Assembly: GCA_016212795.1 (NCBI GenBank)
Contig: JACRDT010000007.1
Location: 299,627-363,626, forward strand
DNA length: 64,000 nucleotides
DNA from: Elusimicrobiota bacterium
Lineage (GTDB): Bacteria; Elusimicrobiota; Elusimicrobia; UBA1565; UBA9628
Direction of reading: 5' to 3'
Shown here: positions 60,563-64,000 of the stretch, one piece after another
How the letters are laid out: every line of letters begins with the position of its first letter
How positions within the stretch are numbered: position 1 is the first letter of the stretch
Notes under the pieces: generated by a model
What the model saw: the letters and a program-made list of their open reading frames with translations, nothing else
Database searches by the model: none
Told to the model about the DNA's origin: nothing
Made by a program: the position numbers and the translations under genes

Positions 60563-62119
60563 ATGAACAACCTCTTCGCCACCAAGCCCCTGGACCTCCT
60601 CCTGGAGGAGATGAAGGGCGAGAACCGCCTGCGCCGCGTGCTGGGGCCCTGGCAGTTGACGAGCCTGGGCGTCGGGGCCATCATCGGCACCGGAATCTTC
60701 GTCCTCACCGGCATCGCGGCCCACGACAAGGCGGGCCCGGCGCTCATCTTGTCCTTCGTGCTCGCGGGCGTGGCCTGCATCTTCGCGGCCCTGTGCTACG
60801 CCGAGTTCGCCTCCATGGTGCCGGTCGCGGGCTCCGCCTACACCTACGCCTATGCCACCCTGGGCGAGCTCTTCGCCTGGATCATCGGCTGGGACCTGGT
60901 GCTCGAGTACACGGTCGCCTCCTCCGCGGTGGCGCACGGCTGGTCGCACTACTTCCAGAACTTCATCGGCATCTTCGGCGTCGAGGTCCCCAAGTGGATG
61001 GCCAAGGCGCCCTTCGATTTCAACCCCGAGCTGGGGCGCTTCGTCGGCACCGGCAGCGTCCTCGACCTGCCGGCCATCATCATCGCGGCCGTCATCGCGG
61101 CCATCCTGGTCAAAGGCATCCAGGAGAGCGCCACCTTCAACACGGCCATGGTGGTGGTGAAATTGGTCATCGTGCTCTTCGTCATCGTGGTCGGGGCCTT
61201 TTACGTGAACCCGGCCAACTGGAAGCCCTTCGCGCCCTTCGGGCTGACCGGGATCAGCTTCTTCGGCAAGACGCTCCTGGGCCAGACCGGGGCCGGGGGC
61301 GAGCCCTTGGGCATGTTCGCCGGGGCCGCCATGATCTTCTTCGCCTACATCGGCTTCGACTCCATCTCGACCCACGCCGAGGAGGCCAAGGACCCGCAGA
61401 AGGACGTCCCCTTCGGCATCATCACCTCGCTCCTCGTCTGCACCGTGCTCTACATCGCGGTCTCGGCCGTGCTCACGGGCATGGTCCCTTACAACAAGAT
61501 CAACATCGACGCTCCGGTGTCCGACGCCTTCAAGCAGATGGGCCTGCCCTGGGCGCAGTTCCTCATCTCCCTGGGAGCCATCACGGGCATCACCTCGGTC
61601 CTGCTCGTCATGATGCTCAGCCAGCCGCGCGTGTTCCTCGCCATGGCCCGGGACGGCCTGGTCCCCCCCTCCATCTTCGGCGCGATCCACGAGAAGTTCC
61701 GCACCCCGTGGAAATCCACCATCCTCACGGGGTGCGTCGTCGGCCTCATGGCCGCGTTCCTGCCCCTGCGCATCCTGGCTGAGCTCGTGAACATCGGGAC
61801 CCTGCTGGCTTTCGTGATCGTGTGCGGGGCCGTCCTGATCATGAGGAAGACCCACCCGGAGGCCAACCGGCCCTTCAAGTGCCCCATGGTGCCGCTCGTG
61901 CCGATCCTGGGCATCGGGTTCTGCCTGCTGCTGATGTTCTCCCTGCCGGCCGAGAACTGGTTGCGCCTGGTCGTCTGGCTCGGCATCGGGATGGCCATCT
62001 ACTTCTTCTACGGCAGGCACCACAGCGTGCTGGCCCAGCGCCGGGCTGCAGCCGTCTCTGGCGAGCGGAGGGCGGCCTCCGACGACGGCGGCTCCAGGGC
62101 CGCCGCCGGGAAAGCCTGA
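60563..62119 (+). CDS. APC-superfamily amino acid permease (cationic amino acid transporter-like)
   Basis: 12+ TM. The N-terminal LRRVLGPWQLTSLGVGAIIGTGIFVLTG and FAALCYAEFASMVPVAGSAYTYAY are typical APC/CAT blocks. The C-terminal tail carries the 59-nt shared segment. Confidence 0.9.
   Translation: MNNLFATKPLDLLLEEMKGENRLRRVLGPWQLTSLGVGAIIGTGIFVLTGIAAHDKAGPALILSFVLAGVACIFAALCYAEFASMVPVAGSAYTYAYATLGELFAWIIGWDLVLEYTVASSAVAHGWSHYFQNFIGIFGVEVPKWMAKAPFDFNPELGRFVGTGSVLDLPAIIIAAVIAAILVKGIQESATFNTAMVVVKLVIVLFVIVVGAFYVNPANWKPFAPFGLTGISFFGKTLLGQTGAGGEPLGMFAGAAMIFFAYIGFDSISTHAEEAKDPQKDVPFGIITSLLVCTVLYIAVSAVLTGMVPYNKINIDAPVSDAFKQMGLPWAQFLISLGAITGITSVLLVMMLSQPRVFLAMARDGLVPPSIFGAIHEKFRTPWKSTILTGCVVGLMAAFLPLRILAELVNIGTLLAFVIVCGAVLIMRKTHPEANRPFKCPMVPLVPILGIGFCLLLMFSLPAENWLRLVVWLGIGMAIYFFYGRHHSVLAQRRAAAVSGERRAASDDGGSRAAAGKA
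62051..62109 (+). repeat. 59-nt segment shared with 49446..49504
   Basis: gccgtctctggcgagcggagggcggcctccgacgacggcggctccagggccgccgccgg encodes AVSGERRAASDDGGSRAAAG at the extreme C-terminus of the permease. Confidence 0.7.
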
Positions 62120-62140
62120 GGAGCTTCGGGAAGGCGGGGG

Positions 62141-63604
62141 TCAGCGCCCGCCGCGGCGCCAGGCCGCGTAGACCGGGATCCCGCTGAGCACGATCGCGAC
62201 CCCGGGCCAGGTGTAGAGCGGCTTGAGCGCGAGCAGGTCCGCGCATAGCGCGGCCCCGGCCAGGATGTAGAGGGCCGGCACCGCCGGGTAGCCCCAGGTC
62301 TTGTAGGGCCGTTCCTCCAGGGGCCTCTTCCAACGCAGGATGAACACGCCCGCCACGGTCAGGCAGTAGAAGATGAGGACCGCGAAGACCACGTAGTCGA
62401 GCAGGTCCCCGTAGGTCCCGGAAAGGCACAGGACGCCGGCCCAGACGCCCTGGACCACGAGCGCCACGCCCGGGACCGAGCGGTCGTTGAGCGTGCCCAC
62501 CCGGCGGAAGAACAGCCCGTCCTGGGCCATGGCGTAGTACACCCGCGCGCCGGACAGGACGATGCCGTTGACGCACCCGAAGGTAGAGACCATGATGAGC
62601 AGGGCCATCAGGGTCTCCCCAGCCGGCCCCAGGATGGCCGACATGGCCGCGGTCCCCACCCGGTCGTTCAAGGCGAACTGGATGCCGCGCCCCAGCGCGT
62701 CCGCGGCCTCGGGCGAGCCCGCGACGGGCAGGACCGCGAGGTAGCCCAGGTTGGCCAGCAAGTAGAGCGCGGTCACGATCCCGGTGCCCAGGATGAGGCT
62801 CAGCGGGACGTTGCGCCGGGGGTCGGCGGTTTCGCCGGCCGTGAAGGTCGCGTTCTCCCAGGCCACGGAGGAGAACAGCGAGCCGACCATGGCCACGCCG
62901 ATGGCGCAGAGGACCCCCAGGCCGCCGAGCGGCTCGACCGCCGCGATCCGTCCGTCGGCCAGCCGCGTCCAGGCCGCGTCCCACGCCCCGGCCAGGTTCG
63001 CCGCGAGGGAGCCGGCGTTTCTGCCCACGGTCAAGGCGAGCACGATGAGCAGGCCGAGCGCCGCGGCCTTGGCGACCGTGAAGACGTTCTGGATGAGCCT
63101 GCCGTGGCGCAGGCCGCGCAGGTTGAGCCCCGTCAGAGCGGCGATGACGACGATGGCCAGGGCCTGGGCCGCCGAGACCCTCAGAGGCCCGGCCGAGAGC
63201 AGGATGTGCTTCTCGCTGAACCACGGGACGAGGACCGCGAAGAACTTGGCGAAGGCGACCGCCACGGCCGCGATGGTCCCGGTCTGGATGACCAGGAAGA
63301 GCGTCCAGCCGTAGAGGAAGCTGGTGAGCGGCCCGTAGGCCTCGCGCAGGTAGACGTATTGGCCGCCGGCCCCGGGCATCATGCAGGCGAGCTCGCCGTA
63401 GCTGAGGGCCGCGGCCAGCGTCATCGCGGCCGTGATGAGCCAGACGACGAGGAGCCAGCCCGCGCCGCCCATGGTGCGGGCGATGTCGGCGCTCACGATG
63501 AAGATGCCCGAGCCGATCATCGAGCCCACGACCAGCATGGTCGCGTCGAAGAGGCCGAGCTCCCGCCGGAGGCTCCCGGCGGCGAGGGGCTGGGTGGCTC
63601 CCAT
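62141..63604 (-). CDS. APC-superfamily amino acid permease (LAT/SteT-like)
   Basis: Trimmed to ATG 63604. LGLFDATMLVVGSMIGSGIFIVS and LSYGELACMMPGAGGQYVYLREAYG are typical APC blocks. 12 TM. Confidence 0.88.
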   Translation of the reverse strand: MGATQPLAAGSLRRELGLFDATMLVVGSMIGSGIFIVSADIARTMGGAGWLLVVWLITAAMTLAAALSYGELACMMPGAGGQYVYLREAYGPLTSFLYGWTLFLVIQTGTIAAVAVAFAKFFAVLVPWFSEKHILLSAGPLRVSAAQALAIVVIAALTGLNLRGLRHGRLIQNVFTVAKAAALGLLIVLALTVGRNAGSLAANLAGAWDAAWTRLADGRIAAVEPLGGLGVLCAIGVAMVGSLFSSVAWENATFTAGETADPRRNVPLSLILGTGIVTALYLLANLGYLAVLPVAGSPEAADALGRGIQFALNDRVGTAAMSAILGPAGETLMALLIMVSTFGCVNGIVLSGARVYYAMAQDGLFFRRVGTLNDRSVPGVALVVQGVWAGVLCLSGTYGDLLDYVVFAVLIFYCLTVAGVFILRWKRPLEERPYKTWGYPAVPALYILAGAALCADLLALKPLYTWPGVAIVLSGIPVYAAWRRGGR

Positions 63605-63618
63605 GATGGAGGAGATTC

Positions 63619-63624
63619 TATAAT
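63619..63624 (+). promoter_or_regulatory. TATAAT box in the 30-nt divergent spacer between the permease and FIST genes
   Basis: A perfect TATAAT ends 10 nt before ATG 63635 with no SD after it, suggesting a leaderless or very short-leader mRNA. The complementary strand reads ATTATA toward 63604. Confidence 0.3.
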
Positions 63625-63634
63625 ATGCCCAGCC

Positions 63635-64000
63635 ATGAGGATCGCCATCGGGTTGGGGTCGGGCCCGGATGCCGGGCGGGCGGCGCGCCAGGCCGCCTGC
63701 GAGGCGCGCAAGACCGTGCCCGAGCCGGACCTGGCGATCGCCTTCGGCTCCATCTACCTCGACCAGAAGGAGGTCCACGAGGCGCTCCGCGCCGAGTTGG
63801 GCCCCGCCGCGCTGGTCGGCGGCTCGAGCTACCGGGAGATCACCAACGCGGGCGTGACCCGGGGCACCGTGGCGGTCCTGCTCCTCTCCCTCGAGGGCGC
63901 CAGGGCGTCGTTGGCCACCGCCGACTCCGGGCCCGAGCCCTACTCGACCGGGCTCGCCCTGGCCAAGGGGCTCGCCCGGCCTTCCGACCCTGGCCTCAGG
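63635..64000 (+). CDS. FIST-domain protein, 3' end outside window
   Basis: Not in the ORF track because there is no stop in the window. ATG 63635 opens 122 codons without a stop to nt 64000. MRIAIGLGSGPDAGRAARQAACEARKTVPEPDLAIAFGSIYLDQKEVHEALRAELGPAALVGGSSYREI fits the FIST_N pattern (from memory). Confidence 0.55.
   Translation, partial: MRIAIGLGSGPDAGRAARQAACEARKTVPEPDLAIAFGSIYLDQKEVHEALRAELGPAALVGGSSYREITNAGVTRGTVAVLLLSLEGARASLATADSGPEPYSTGLALAKGLARPSDPGLR

Noticed and set aside
1-64000. CRISPR arrays, rRNA genes, intact transposases or IS elements
   Set aside because: I saw no regularly spaced direct repeats, no rRNA-like conserved stretches and no transposase-like ORFs. The only mobility trace is the integrase fragment at 17053..17313.

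Overview
High-GC (about 70%) chromosomal window from a diderm bacterium; TolC/MacAB, ExbB-ExbD-TonB-like, Lgt and TatA are all present. I support about 55 protein genes, one tRNA-Ser(GCU) with a decayed tyrosine-recombinase fragment beside it, no rRNA and no CRISPR. Many of the longest ORFs in the six-frame track are GC-driven shadow ORFs or run-ons. I trimmed real genes to internal starts using SD motifs, signal peptides and 4-nt stop/start overlaps (ATGA/GTGA/TTGA), which are common here. Recognisable content: MacAB-TolC efflux, a TolQ/ExbB-ExbD-TonB-like set, a MoxR-DUF58-BatA-type (Bat-like) operon, two APC amino-acid permeases, an MFS transporter, a DinG-like helicase, a beta-CASP MBL hydrolase, three radical-SAM enzymes (SPASM-type, B12-binding-type, RlmN-like), ComB, a ChaN-like protein, and several secreted peptidases (papain-like, S58/DmpA, HExxH). 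Three things stand out. (1) A dispersed ~55-nt element occurs at four loci (five copies), always on the coding strand just 5' of a gene start. It encodes a mini-ORF starting M-K-R-H-x-P-P-R that runs through a 12-bp GC hairpin showing compensatory stem changes, and it stops 1 nt before, or overlapping, the next start codon. (2) A duplicated pairing of an inverted-topology TPR Ser/Thr kinase with a secreted repeat-scaffold caspase-like (C14) protein (Sel1 version and ankyrin version), plus a third, ectodomain-less kinase next to a low-GC orphan spacer. (3) A tightly coupled trio: a leader-like/lipobox protein, a B12-type radical SAM enzyme and Lgt. All functional readings come from motif recognition by eye. 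No database search or folding computation was run.
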